Shown here piece after piece: positions 46,601 through 56,310 of a stretch of DNA of 64,000 nt (the stretch's first letter is position 1; each line of letters begins with the position of its first letter). Source of the stretch: Ylistrum balloti (lineage: Eukaryota); NCBI RefSeq assembly GCF_031769215.1, contig NW_026782099.1:186001-250000 (forward strand), given 5' to 3'. Both the position numbers and the translations under genes were made by a program. Under the pieces are notes generated by a model. The model did not search any database. It was not told the origin of the DNA and saw only the letters and a list, made by a program, of their open reading frames with translations.

Positions 46601-49032
46601 AGCCAATGTTGCTATCAATTTTACTATCAGTGTTGCTATCAGTGTTTAGATTGTCCTTTTTACTTTGGCAGCTGCTGATGTGTGGTACAGGTAACTACAG
46701 TATAACAGACTTCAAAGCTCATGCTGTGATAGAGGGCTCATCCTACCATTTCTTCAAGGTAATTCAGTATGATGTCACTTTAAATAATAGGAGTAATAGA
46801 AAGATATACACAATAACTATGTAATGATACATGTGCTTTATGTTAAAGGGTTAATGCAAGAAGAGAATTGATAAGAAAATATAGAATTTAATTACACTGT
46901 GACCTACTTATAGTGGAATTGATTAACACATTAAAAAGATAGTTGACGTATATGATGTACCTGTTTGTAGATGGCATAAAGTGTTTTATATGTGTGTGGT
47001 TTTCAGGTTCTAGACTGGTTCTGGACTGTGATTGCAAGCTTTACAGAAGAACAAATGGCACGTCTGCTGCAGTTTACCACTGGCTGTTCTCAGCTTCCTC
47101 CTCAGGGCTTTGCTGAGCTTAATCCAAAATTTCAAATATCATTTTCACCTACCTACAACACCTTACCTACAGCACACACCTGGTAAGTATAGTAGACCTG
47201 TCAGTTATGTACCTGAAGTAATCTGTCAGGGAGATACATCTCAGATACACTAATTAGCATGATACACTTGTTTGCATGATACACCTTTCTGTTATGGGGA
47301 AACACCAGTCAGGACAATATACTTATCACAGAGACACACCTGTCAGGGAGATACGCCTTCATGCATGATTTACCTGTCAGCAAGATACATTAATCATTGT
47401 GTCACACCTGTGAGGTATACATGTGTCAGGAATACACATTTGTCAGGGACATACACCTGTCAGTGAGATACACCTGTCAGTGAGATACACCTATCAATGT
47501 GAAACACCTGTCCATGTGATACACCTGTCAGTGAGATACACCTATCAATGTGAAACACCTGTCAGTTAGATACACCTATCAATGTGACACACCTGTCAGT
47601 GAGATACACCTATCAATGTGAAACACCTGTCAGTGAGATACACCTATCAATGTGAAACACCTGTCCATGTGATACACCTGTCAGTGTGATACACCTGTCA
47701 GTGAGATACACCTATCAATGTGAAACACCTGTCAGTGAGATACACCTATCAATGTGAAACACCTGTCAGTGAGATACACCTATCAATGTGAAACACCTGT
47801 CCATGAGATACACCTATCAATGTGATACACCTGTCAGTGAGATACACCTATCAATGTTAAACACCTGTTAGTGAGATACACCTATCAATGTGATACACCT
47901 GTCAGTGAGATACACCTATCAATGTTAAACACCTGTTAATGAGATACACCTATCAATGTGAAACACCTGTCCATGTGATACACCTGTCAGTGAGATACAC
48001 CTATCAATGTGAAACACCTGTCAGTGAGATACACCTATCAATGTTAAACACCTGTTAGTGAGATACACCTATCAATGTGATACACCTGTCAGTGAGATAC
48101 ACCTATCAATGTTAAACACCTGTTAGTGAGATACACCTATCAATGTGATACACCTGTCAGTGAGATACACCTATCAATGTGAAACACCTGTCAGTGAGAT
48201 ACACCTATCAATGTGAAACACCTGTCAGTGAGATACACCTATCAATGTGAAACACCAGTTAGTGAGATACACCTATCAATGTGAAACACCTGTCAGTGAG
48301 ATACACCTATCAATGTGAAACACCTGTCGGTGAGATACACCTATCAATGTGAAACACCTGTCAGTGAGATACACCTATCAATGTGAAACACCTGTTAGTG
48401 TGATACACCTGTGATACATTTCTCACTAAAATTCACCTAACGATATTAATGTGATACACCTGTTGTATCTTATATCCTTTTTCATGTCACATACAGATAA
48501 TTTTGGAATTGTGGAAATTTCTCCACCACCATACACATGTATGGTTATGGTTGTATGGTCAGATGTTTGTCCGTCAAGATATATTCAGTTAATACCTCAG
48601 AGGGTATGTCTTAAATACTGACAAAATGTTTTTCATCTCCTCGCAGGATTTGATGTATACTGTCTATCATTCAATTGATATATCTTTTAATAGATTGCCA
48701 ATATTTGCACTGATGCTGTAATTAATGAATGCAGGATTTAAGTCATAGACACAAATATCAGAGTCTTTGTAATGCTATTGTAAAGGATAATATCATTATA
48801 AGCTTGATAAAGAGGTTAGATGATATTGTACAGTACCAAACATACTAATAAACACAATTTTTGAAATGTCTTAAGGCTGTCCTAGAATGTTTAAGTGAAA
48901 ATCTTTAATTGAAATAACTTTTTTTGTAGCTTTAACCAGCTGTGTTTGCCAGACTATGATTCTATAGACAGTTTCCACAGATCTCTGTTAATAGCCATCA
49001 ATGAGGGGGCCCAGGGCTTCGGACTTGTGTGA
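7356..49032 (+). CDS. AREL1: Apoptosis-resistant E3 ubiquitin protein ligase 1 (filamin repeat + HECT) with N-terminal TM/SAM-like extension; 1033 aa predicted
   Basis: Join: 7356-7647, 9728-9902, 10238-10470, 28193-28500, 33908-34148, 35765-35928, 39242-39410, 40053-40186, 41068-41145, 41438-41579, 41842-41954, 42472-42547, 42668-42780, 43619-43804, 44052-44174, 45309-45497, 46672-46758, 47007-47182, 48930-49032. Total 3102 nt, all GT-AG, phases consistent. AREL1 hallmarks: KKVYVYISPKQLTLKEYYLKII, GGSETFQDK, LDWGGLRREWFE, YEFAGKVVGKCLYDSALG, YFETDDPE, LPTAHTCFNQLCLP, EGAQGFGLV*. Confidence 0.93.
9728..9902 (+). CDS. AREL1: AREL1 exon 2 (SAM-like)
   Basis: GVETTKDILSMELEKIPEFSSLPPDQQHELRNAFNALKEETYLQILLEKNKIPASIFD; TTTTCAG acceptor, AG|GTGAG donor. 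Confidence 0.8.
10238..10470 (+). CDS. AREL1: AREL1 exon 3 (second SAM-like repeat)
   Basis: LKARGVVSLQTLSHLSDRVIQ...PFVMKAFKI; TTTCTGCAG acceptor, AG|GTAAGC phase-1 donor. Confidence 0.8.
12288..12440 (+). mobile_element. Decayed tRNA-derived SINE with V-SINE-like central domain
   Basis: A-box-like TAGCTGAGTT, B-box-like GGGTTCAAGG, and TTTTCTCTAGGAGCTCAGCCTTTCCTCCACCA resembling the TTTTCTCCGGGTACTCCGGTTTCCTCC core (recalled consensus). Confidence 0.55.
13753..13792. repeat. (CT)n microsatellite
   Basis: Direct reading. Confidence 0.9.
15564..19060. repeat. Minisatellite, 34-bp unit (36-bp variant), about 100 copies
   Basis: cagtgatatcaggtgtctgtataagtatggtgtc. Confidence 0.98.
20440..21172 (+). 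mobile_element. Fragment of non-autonomous Helentron/DINE-like element (3' end preserved)
   Basis: Ends in tcaggtgacctttaaggcccatgtgcctcttgtt, the same terminal module as 52360-52394; internal direct repeat ccaagt.ttgttattttttgggtca at about 20616 and 20941; 5' end not identified. Confidence 0.5.
21697..21930. repeat. Tandem array, 13-bp unit
   Basis: atcacaaatcagt / atcacagatcaat. Confidence 0.9.
23300..24055 (+). mobile_element. Non-autonomous DINE/HINE (pearl-like) element with internal about 150-bp repeats
   Basis: 5' hairpin tgcgaaacacgtttgcgggggata, short gtctgtcc tract, ccatggaaacag repeated at 23503/23643/23797, 3' cagcggggtacgggggata. Confidence 0.55.
24899..25240. repeat. Tandem array, 77-bp unit, about 4 copies
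   Basis: cagatagtttgcagggtcaaagttcaatacatccctcttaaggtgaagatttgaaaagatctctttttatccagtac. Confidence 0.93.
28193..28500 (+). CDS. AREL1: AREL1 exon 4 (TM segment + start of filamin-like region)
   Basis: ALTLLLGSFLLILFIMF...CVVQWGWTSPHGVGNTMSFTVQ; phase-1 acceptor matches exon 3. Confidence 0.88.
29715..30790. repeat. Minisatellite, 20-bp monomers in 60-bp and 39-bp higher-order units
   Basis: attttccctggtaatataat / attgaccttgtcagtatagc / attgaccttgccaggataac. Confidence 0.96.
31730..32715. repeat. Compound minisatellite: 34-bp unit grading into a related 33-bp unit
   Basis: tagcctagacagaggtagtctggtgttcaaggaa then gtagagggaggtagtctggttactaggagtagt. Confidence 0.96.
33908..34148 (+). CDS. AREL1: AREL1 exon 5 (filamin repeat)
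   Basis: LFRKNGKPY...VRVSFTVHRSGPYKISVMVSGKHIKDSPF. Confidence 0.93.
34930..35223 (-). mobile_element. Decayed tRNA-derived SINE with CORE/Deu-like domain
   Basis: Minus strand begins GGGCCATGATAGTTCAGTCATTTAGAGCA (A box), has a degenerate B box GGTTCCACCCTCC, then GTGTCCTAAGGCAATACATTTAACCT resembling GTGTCCTTGGGCAAGNCACTTAACC. Confidence 0.6.
35765..35928 (+). CDS. AREL1: AREL1 exon 6
   Basis: GPIDASRT...YPLTIETQDSFGNP...KIKVIE. Confidence 0.92.
36500..38540. repeat. Degenerate about 21-bp minisatellite with nested higher-order repeats
   Basis: gtagtagagtcaggtctcact monomers; about 105-bp, 45-bp and about 215-bp multimers. Confidence 0.93.
38640..39200. repeat. Minisatellite, about 45-bp unit
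   Basis: gacagatgacagagattgttaggcatgaaattgcttgagaaagaa. Confidence 0.9.
39242..39410 (+). CDS. AREL1: AREL1 exon 7
   Basis: TESQTKY...EGCYQASVSYGDMKLRNGDFNILVIN. Confidence 0.92.
40053..40186 (+). CDS. AREL1: AREL1 exon 8
   Basis: SEDMACVKKN...IWYEARLL...KKVYVYISPK. Confidence 0.92.
40785..41067. repeat. Tandem array, 53-bp unit, about 5 copies, abutting the exon 9 acceptor
   Basis: ttttttagatcttaatgtactaggctgatacctggtgattttatttctgactg. Confidence 0.95.
41068..41145 (+). CDS. AREL1: AREL1 exon 9
   Basis: QLTLKEYYLKIIGKKLFTWRVCPSTK. Confidence 0.93.
41438..41579 (+). CDS. AREL1: AREL1 exon 10
   Basis: FYFSG...QPPVILATKERSVIAATFTNFLLRNI. Confidence 0.93.
41842..41954 (+). CDS. AREL1: AREL1 exon 11
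   Basis: GGSETFQDKHAYFVQEVRK...LKIDRSNFLYS. Confidence 0.93.
42081..42360. repeat. Tandem array, 47-bp unit, about 6 copies
   Basis: gatgagtttaagccttgattatctccctttatatacacagtactata. Confidence 0.94.
42472..42547 (+). CDS. AREL1: AREL1 exon 12 (HECT start)
   Basis: SYKATKNFDTSDWYKTFHIVFVGEP. Confidence 0.93.
42668..42780 (+). CDS. AREL1: AREL1 exon 13 (HECT)
   Basis: GLDWGGLRREWFEMLCTELFDP. Confidence 0.95.
43619..43804 (+). CDS. AREL1: AREL1 exon 14 (HECT)
   Basis: VHPTP...YEFAGKVVGKCLYDSALGSAYRQLVKARFSRSFLAQLIGL. Confidence 0.95.
44052..44174 (+). CDS. AREL1: AREL1 exon 15 (HECT)
   Basis: YFETDDPELYKTKV...ELSFSEEEYSDGQLQR; donor CGA|GTAAGT. Confidence 0.94.
44145..45265. repeat. Tandem array, 54-bp unit, about 21 copies of exon-15 tail + donor
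   Basis: gatggacagttacaaccagtaagtcttctctaaacctcagttgaggtgttctgt. Confidence 0.97.
45309..45497 (+). CDS. AREL1: AREL1 exon 16 (HECT)
   Basis: VVDLVPGGSSKPVTNENKQHYL...LLSIFDENELE. Confidence 0.95.
45930..46650. repeat. Minisatellite, 33-bp unit (two subtypes)
   Basis: gtagccaatgttactatcaatgttaccattagt / gtagccaatgttgctatcaatgtgactatcagt. Confidence 0.93.
46672..46758 (+). CDS. AREL1: AREL1 exon 17 (HECT)
   Basis: LLMCGTGNYSITDFKAHAVIEG. Confidence 0.94.
47007..47182 (+). CDS. AREL1: AREL1 exon 18 (HECT C-lobe)
   Basis: VLDWFWTV...ARLLQFTTGCSQLPPQGF...LPTAHT; catalytic Cys codon split TG|C across the intron. Confidence 0.95.
47440..48420. repeat. Minisatellite, 34-bp unit (dimer of 17-mers)
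   Basis: acacctgtcagtgagatacacctatcaatgtgaa. Confidence 0.96.
48930..49032 (+). CDS. AREL1: AREL1 exon 19 (terminal)
   Basis: CFNQLCLPDYDS...AINEGAQGFGLV TGA. Confidence 0.95.
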
Positions 49033-49289
49033 TAATATGTTCTTTAATGACTGGGGTCTACAGTACAGTAGACACAACATCACAGCTACTTAAGGACAGG
49101 AGCAAAGAAACTTGGAGTAACCACAACAAAGTATAGATACTTTGTAAGCACAACAATGCAAGATTGAGGATTATTGATCCTTTAGAAAGTTTGATTCAAC
49201 AAAATTCCTTTTTACTTTGTTATTAAGTTATTATAGAATTAAGTTATATAACAGTGTTTCCTTCTGAGAAGATGTTCTGTTACTCCACC

Positions 49290-51005
49290 CAAGTTTGTTA
49301 ACTATTACAGCAGAAGGTGGCAGTAACAAGTGTGGTAACTGTTACAGCAGGAGATTGCTGTAACAAGTGTGGTAACTGTTACAGCAGGAGATTGCTGTAA
49401 CAAGTGTGGTAACTGTTACAGCAGGAGGTGGCAGTAACAAGTGTGGTAACTGTTACAGCAGGAGATTGCTGTAACAAGTGTGGTAACTGTTACAGCAGGA
49501 GATTGCTGTAACAAGTGTGGTAACTGTTACAGCAGGAGGTGGCAGTAACAAGTGTGGTAACTGTTACAGCAGGAGGTGGTAGTAACAAGTGTGGTAACTG
49601 TTACAGCGGGAGATTGCTGTAACAAGTTTGGTAACTGTTACAGCAGGAGGTGGCAGTAACAAGTGTGGTAACTGTTACAGCAGGAGATTGCTGTAACAAG
49701 TGTGGTAACTGTTACAGCAGGAGGTGGCAGTAACAAGTGTGGTAACTGTTACAGCAGGAGGTGGTAGTAACAAGTGTGGTAACTGTTACAGCAGGAGGTG
49801 GCAGTAACAAGTGTGGTAACTGTTACAGCAGGAGATTGCTGTAACAAGTGTGGTAACTGTTACAGCAGGAGATTGCTGTAACAAGTGTGGTAACTGTTAC
49901 AGCAGGAGGTGGCAGTAACAAGTGTGGTAACCTTTATAGCTAGAGATGGCTGTTACAAATGTACACTGGTACAGCAGGGAGTGGCTGTAACAAATGTTCA
50001 CTGCTACAGCAGGAAGTGGCTGTAACAAATGTGGGAACTATAACATCAGGAAGTGGCAATTACAATTGTGTTAACTGTTACAGCAGGTTGTGGCAGTAAC
50101 AAATGTTCACTGTTACAGCAGGAGGTAGTAGTAACAATTGAGGTAACTGATACAGCAGGAGGTGGTAGTAACAAATGTGGTAACTGTTACAGCAGGAGTT
50201 GGTAGTAACATGTGTGGTAACTGTTACAACAGGAGGAGGTAGTAACAAGTGTGGTAACTGTTACAGCAGGTTGTGGCAGTAACAAGTGTGGTAACTGTTA
50301 CAGCAGGAGGTGGCAGTAACAAGTGTGGTAACTGTTACAGCAGGTTGTGGCAGTAACAAGTGTGATAACTGTTACAGCAGGAGGTGGCAGTAACGAATGT
50401 TCACTGTAACAGCAGGAAGTGGCTGTAACAAATGTGGGAACTATAACATCAGGAAGTGGCAATTACAATTGTGTTAACTGTTACAGCAGGAGGTGGTAGT
50501 AACAAGTGTGGTAACTGTTACAGCAGTAGGTGGCATTAACGAGTGTGGTAACTGTTACAGCAGGAGATGGTAGTAACAAGTGTGATAACTGTTACAGCAG
50601 GTTGTGGCAGTAACAAGTGTGGTAACTGTTACAGCAGGAGGTGGTAGTAACAAATGTGGTAACTGTTACAGCAGGTTGTGGCAGTAACAAGTGTGGTAAC
50701 TGTTACAGCAGGAGGTGGTAGTAACAAATGTGGTAACTGTTACAGCAGGTTGTAGCAGTAACAAGTGTGGTAACTGTTACAGCAGGAGGTGGTAGTAACA
50801 AATGTGGTAACTGTTACAGCAGGAGGTGTTAGTAACAAGTGTGGTAACTGTTACAGCAGGTTGTGGCAGTTACAAGTGTGGTAACTAGTGTGGTCACTGT
50901 TACAGCAGGTTGTGGCAGTTACAAGTGTGGTAACTAGTGTGGTCACTGTTACAGCAGGTTGTGGCTGTAACAAGTGTGCTAACTGTTACAGCAGGTGAAG
51001 GCCTT
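49290..51005. repeat. Minisatellite, 37-bp unit, about 45 copies
   Basis: gtaacaagtgtggtaactgttacagcaggaggtggca. Confidence 0.97.
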
Positions 51006-51972
51006 TACGTATGTGGTAACTGTAGTAACCTGATATACAATAGATTTGTATGATTGGCTGTGATGTGGTTATATTTTGTCTTGTTGATTGAAGCAAGAAG
51101 GATAACTCTGGTAGCAGGTTGCTTTTATGTTCGAGAAAGGGATGGTTGATTAAGAGCATAGTTCTGAGTTTCATATCCTATATGAAATACTGTTTTAGAG
51201 GAAGGAAACTATGGTTTATATATTGTCACATTGGTCTACAGATCAGAAATCAGAAAAGTTCATGGTGACCTCAATTCATTTAAAGCTACATGATGTTTTC
51301 AAATAAATGGCCTTGTAGACATTCAAGATTACAGCTGTCTATATATAATTGCATAGGACTCGTGCTAAAGGACCACAGTGCAATTTAATTTGATGTTATC
51401 TTACTTGTTTTGGTCAATTTGTATTAAAGAAATATTAACAGGATTTAATGCTTTCATCCTGATTATTGATTTTGAAGTATTTGGATGAATATTTCATGAG
51501 CTAAACAGGCTGATGGGTCTTGTGTTATTATCATTGTGATGCTCTTCCTTTGTAGATATATAAACACAAGTATCACTCGGGTAAGCAGGGATATGGTAAC
51601 GGGGAGAAATGGCAGGCTGCTGTCTCACAGAGTTTTATTTTCCTTTGAAAGTCATACTTCAGTTGCAGAGAGATTCTTACTTATATGCATTAATTTAGAG
51701 TGCTTACTAGACATGTTGATAATGGACCAGTTATGATACATCGAGTGGTTTTCCTCTACCGGTCATCTCCTGTATCATGTGTCCATTATTGATCATTGAC
51801 ACATTCCTCACTCCAGGGAAATCAATGTCTGTGGTAGTATTATTGACATACATATATTTATGACTTATTTTGCACAACTGTGATATTGCTGTTTGTGATT
51901 AAGTTCAAATCAAAATGTAAACTTTGGTATATGTGTGAATTGCACTTTTCATTGAACTTGACTTTTCTGAAA

Positions 51973-52394
51973 TTTTTAGCTCATCTGACCCTAAGGGCCA
52001 AGTGAATTTATGTTATGGCATAGAGTCCGCCTGGCATTAACTTTTTTCTAATGAAAAGACTTAAAATAATTACATTCACCCACAAAAATCCTTAGATGGA
52101 GCTAGAAAGTTGGCAAAGAAACTACTTTGTCCCTTATCCAAGGTCACAGGGGTCAAACTTGTTATAGCTTTCATTAATTTCTTCTGATTACCTGAAATGT
52201 CTAAAGTCATATTTTGCTGGTAGGTTTCTGAAATGAAGCCCAACAAATTTTGCAAAAGGAAATGACCTTGATCATATTGAAGACAACAAGGGTCAATTTT
52301 ATTTTATGTGAATACAATTAACATTAAATGTTGAGATATTTGTGAAATGCTTTGAATACCAGGTGAGGGATGCTGGCCCATTTGGCCTCTTGTT
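51973..52394 (+). mobile_element. Near-complete non-autonomous Helentron-associated (HINE/DINE-like) element
   Basis: T-rich target; 5' agctcatctg + hairpin ccct-a-aggg; 3' caggtgag (subterminal inverted repeat) + hairpin ggcc-cattt-ggcc + tcttgtttt. Confidence 0.65.
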
Positions 52395-52617
52395 TTTTGT
52401 ACTTAAAACAGGTTTTAATAACTGTCCAACTGGAGAATACTATTATGATAACTATTAATTGTGCATTGTAACTGATTTTTTACTGCCCATTAGCAGTGCA
52501 CCATTTAAGTGACTTTTTAATCCCACCAGTGTTGTCTGTGTCTCTGTGTTTATCGATTAATGTACTTAATTTGCTTTGTACTTTTTTTTACATGTAATGC
52601 TAACAAGCTTTGTGCTT

Positions 52618-54300
52618 AGGTAGGACAGACAGATGTATAGTATATGTAGGACATACAGATGTGCAGTATAGGTAGGACAGACAGATGTACAGTATAGGTA
52701 GGACAGACAGATGTACAATATATGTAGGACAGACTGGTGTACAGTATAGGTAGGACAGACAGATGTACTGTAAAGGTAGGACAGACAGATGTACAGTATA
52801 GGTAGGACAGACAGATGTACAGTATATGTTGGACAGACAGATGTACAGTATATGTAGGACAGACAGATGTACAGTATAGGAAGGACAGACAGATGTACTG
52901 TAAAGGTAGGACAGATAGATGTGCAGTATATGTAGGACAGACAGATGTACTGTAAAGGTAGGACAGACAGATGTAAAGTATAGGTAGGGCAGACAGATGT
53001 ACAGTATAGGTAGGGCAGACACATGTACATTATAGGTAGGATAAACGGATGTACAGTACATATTGGACAGACAGATGTGCAGTATAGGTAGGACAGACAA
53101 ATGTGCAGTATAGGTAGGACAGACAGATGTACAGTATAGGTAGGACAGACAGATGTACAGTATATGTAGGACAGACAAGTACAATGTCTAGGAAGAGCAG
53201 ACAGCTATATTGTATATGTAGAACAGACAAATGTTCTCTATAGGTAGGACAGACAAACATACCATTTAGGTAGGACAAACAGATATGCTGTATAGGTAGG
53301 ATAGACACAGCTACAGTAGACATAGGATAAACTGTTGTAATGTACAGGTAGGACAGACAGACATATTGTTTTTGTAGAGCAGACAGCTGTATTGTATATG
53401 TAGGACAGACAGATGTACTGTTTTGGTGGAGCAGAGAGGTGTACAGTATAGGTAGGACAGACAGATGTACAGTATATGTAGAACAGTCAGATGTACAGTA
53501 TATGTAGGACAAACAGATGTACAGTATAGGTAGGACAGACAGATGTACAGTATATGTTGGACAGACAGATGTATAGTATATGTAGGACAGACAGATGTGC
53601 AGTATAGGTAGGACAGACATATGTACAGTATAGATAGGACAGACAGATGTACATTATAGGTAGGATAAACAGATGTACAGTATATGTTGGACAGACAGAT
53701 GTATAGTACATGTAGGACAGACATATGTACAGTATAGGTAAGACAGACAGATGTACAGTAAAGGTAGGACAGACAGATGTACAGTATATGTAGGACAGAC
53801 AGATGTACTGTTTAGGTAGAAGAGACAGATATACTATGTTGGTACAATAGACATATGCACTTATTTTGGTAGGACAGACAGATGTATTGTATAGGTAGGA
53901 CAGACAGGTATACAGTATATGTAGGACAGACAGATGTACTGTTTAGGTAGAAGAGACAGATATACTATGTTGGTACAATAGACATATGCACTTATTTTGG
54001 TAGGACAGACAGATGTATTGTATAGGTAGGACAGACAGATGTATTGTATAGGTAGGACAGACAGATGTATTGTATAGGTAGGACAGACAGGTATACTGTA
54101 TAGGGAGGACAGAGAGATGTATTGTATAGGTAGGACAGACAGATGTATTGTATAGGTAGGACAGACAGATGTATTGTATAGGTAGGACAGACAGATGTAT
54201 TGTATAGGTAGGACAGACAGGTATACTGTATAGGGAGGACAGAGAGATGTAATGTATTGGTACATTATGTAGGACACACAGATGTGTAGGTAGGACAGAC
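52618..54300. repeat. Minisatellite, 26-bp unit, about 60 copies
   Basis: gtaggacagacagatgtacagtatag. Confidence 0.96.
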
Positions 54301-55398
54301 AGGTTAAGTTAAGCCTGATGTACTATGTAGGTAAGCTTCTATAGCATTGAAACAGTGCAATAACATTCTCAAATCATATCTTTTGTCTCATATCTGATGT
54401 AAGGCTTGATTTTGTTATCTTTGGTTATCTCCCCTTGTTGGTTATAGACAAATCCTGAATATTATTGATTGTCTGCTTCTTATCAATGACACCATGAGTG
54501 TATGTATTATATTCCTGTCTCATGGAAATGCTGGCAATAACAGTTAGCAAAGTGGGAAACATAGGTAGTACTTATCGAGAAATGATATTATTAATATCAA
54601 ACTTAAATTGTCTCTGTTTTAGTGTTTTATATGTAATTTAGCAAAGAAGGTTTTGATATTGAAGTTTTGTTTTTAATCAAACCGACTTTTATAGTGTGAT
54701 ATTTTTGTTATAATTTAATAGTATTTTGTGCTTTTATCGTAAAAGAAATATTTTGTATTTTTGTTTATCATTACTGGATTAGTTCTTCAACAGTTGTTTT
54801 GGAGTGAATGAAGCTGTGATCTCTAAGACTAGACACAAGACTTTTATTCTCTCCTATTCTTATCCCCCTGTCCACTGCTTTCTATTTTTTTTCAGTATCC
54901 TCCCCTTTCCTCCAATCGCCAATGTCAACATTATACTCAAGTCAGTTTCAGTTTTACAATGATCAATTCTGTTGTTTTATCTAAAATTACAGGTTTCCTA
55001 GTATTTGTTGAAATAATTATGATTTGATCTCAGTTCATCAGGAGTATGGTGGGAGACCTTGTGGTAAAACGCTATTCAGTTTAAAAATAGTTCCATTTTC
55101 TTATGTTACCTACAATTCCGGCCCCTCCCCCCTCTCCTGTCTACCCTCTTTTTCTTTGTTTTCTAAACTGCTGCTGTTTTAAGATGAATGCTTCTTATCA
55201 TTTGCGTATCACATGGTCTCCCACTGTGAGTATGTATGTGAGGTAAAGTGTGATATGTAATTGTACTCCTTGTTGTAACTTATAGTTTTATAGTTTGTAA
55301 TGACATATTGGATGTGACTGAGAGAATATGGCCTTTGTTTACATCTCTAGGTTACTTCTTGACCTACATGAATGTGTACAGGAAAGTCACACTATTAA

Positions 55399-55404
55399 AA
55401 TAAA
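55399..55404 (+). terminator. Candidate distal polyadenylation signal of AREL1 (proximal candidate at 51302-51307)
   Basis: AATAAA followed by CA-containing then T-rich sequence, at the end of a U-rich UTR-like tract; no transcript evidence. Confidence 0.35.
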
Positions 55405-55514
55405 CACATTTACAAAAACATCAGTGTCATTTTCTTATGTTACCAACACTACTGCCAGTTCCACTAACATGACTACTAAATGAAATCCTTGAGGACCTAG
55501 GTTTTACAGTTCCC

Positions 55515-56310
55515 TAAACAAACCAGCTGTTACTTATAATATCAGTCACACTGTTTCTTAAACAAACCAGCTGTTACTTTAATATCTGTCTCACTGTTTC
55601 TTAAACAAACCAGCTGTTACTTATAATATCAGTCACACTGTTTCTTAAACAAACCAGCTGTTACTTTAATATCTGTCTCACTGTTTCTTAAACAAACCAG
55701 CTGTTACTTTAATATCAGTCTCACTGTTTCTTAAACAAACCAGCTGTTACTTATAATATCAGTCTCACTGTTTCTTAAACCATCCAGCTGTTACTTTAAT
55801 ATCAGTCTCACTGTTTCTTAAACCATCCAGCTGTTACTTTAATATCAGTCTCACTGTTTCTTAAACAAACCAGCTGTTACTTTAATATCAGTCTCACTGT
55901 TTCTTAAACAAACCAGCTGTTACTTATAATATCAGTCTCACTGTTTCTTAAACAAACCAGCTGTTACTTTAATATCAGTCTCACTGTTTCTTAAACAAAC
56001 CAGCTGTTACTTTAATATCTGTCTCACTGTTTCTTAAACAAACCAGCTGTTACTTATAATATCAGTCTCACTGTTTCTTAAACCATCCAGCTGTTACTTT
56101 AATATCAGTCTCACTGTTTCTTAAACCATCCAGCTGTTACTTTAATATCAGTCTCACTGTTTCTTAAACAAACCAGCTGTTACTTTAATATCAGTCTCAC
56201 TGTTTCTTAAACCATCCAGTTGTTACTTTTAATATCAATCTCACAGCTCCTTAAACAAACCAGCTTTTACTTATAATATCTATCTCACTGTTCCTTAAAC
56301 AAACTAGCTG
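55515..56310. repeat. Minisatellite, 43/44-bp unit, about 18 copies
   Basis: aaacaaaccagctgttactttaatatcagtctcactgtttctt. Confidence 0.96.

Noticed and set aside
45889-46649. Mucin/ice-nucleation-like N-V-T or Asn-Gly repeat ORFs
   Set aside because: 33-bp intronic array between HECT exons 16 and 17, open in several frames
52566-54277. Cys/Tyr-rich ORFs on the minus strand
   Set aside because: Translations of the 26-bp minisatellite that change frame with unit indels
54418-54430. 13-nt match to the miR-9 5' end (tctttggttatct)
   Set aside because: Diverges after 13 nt, no hairpin partner seen, part of a common ttatctccc(c)tt repeat motif
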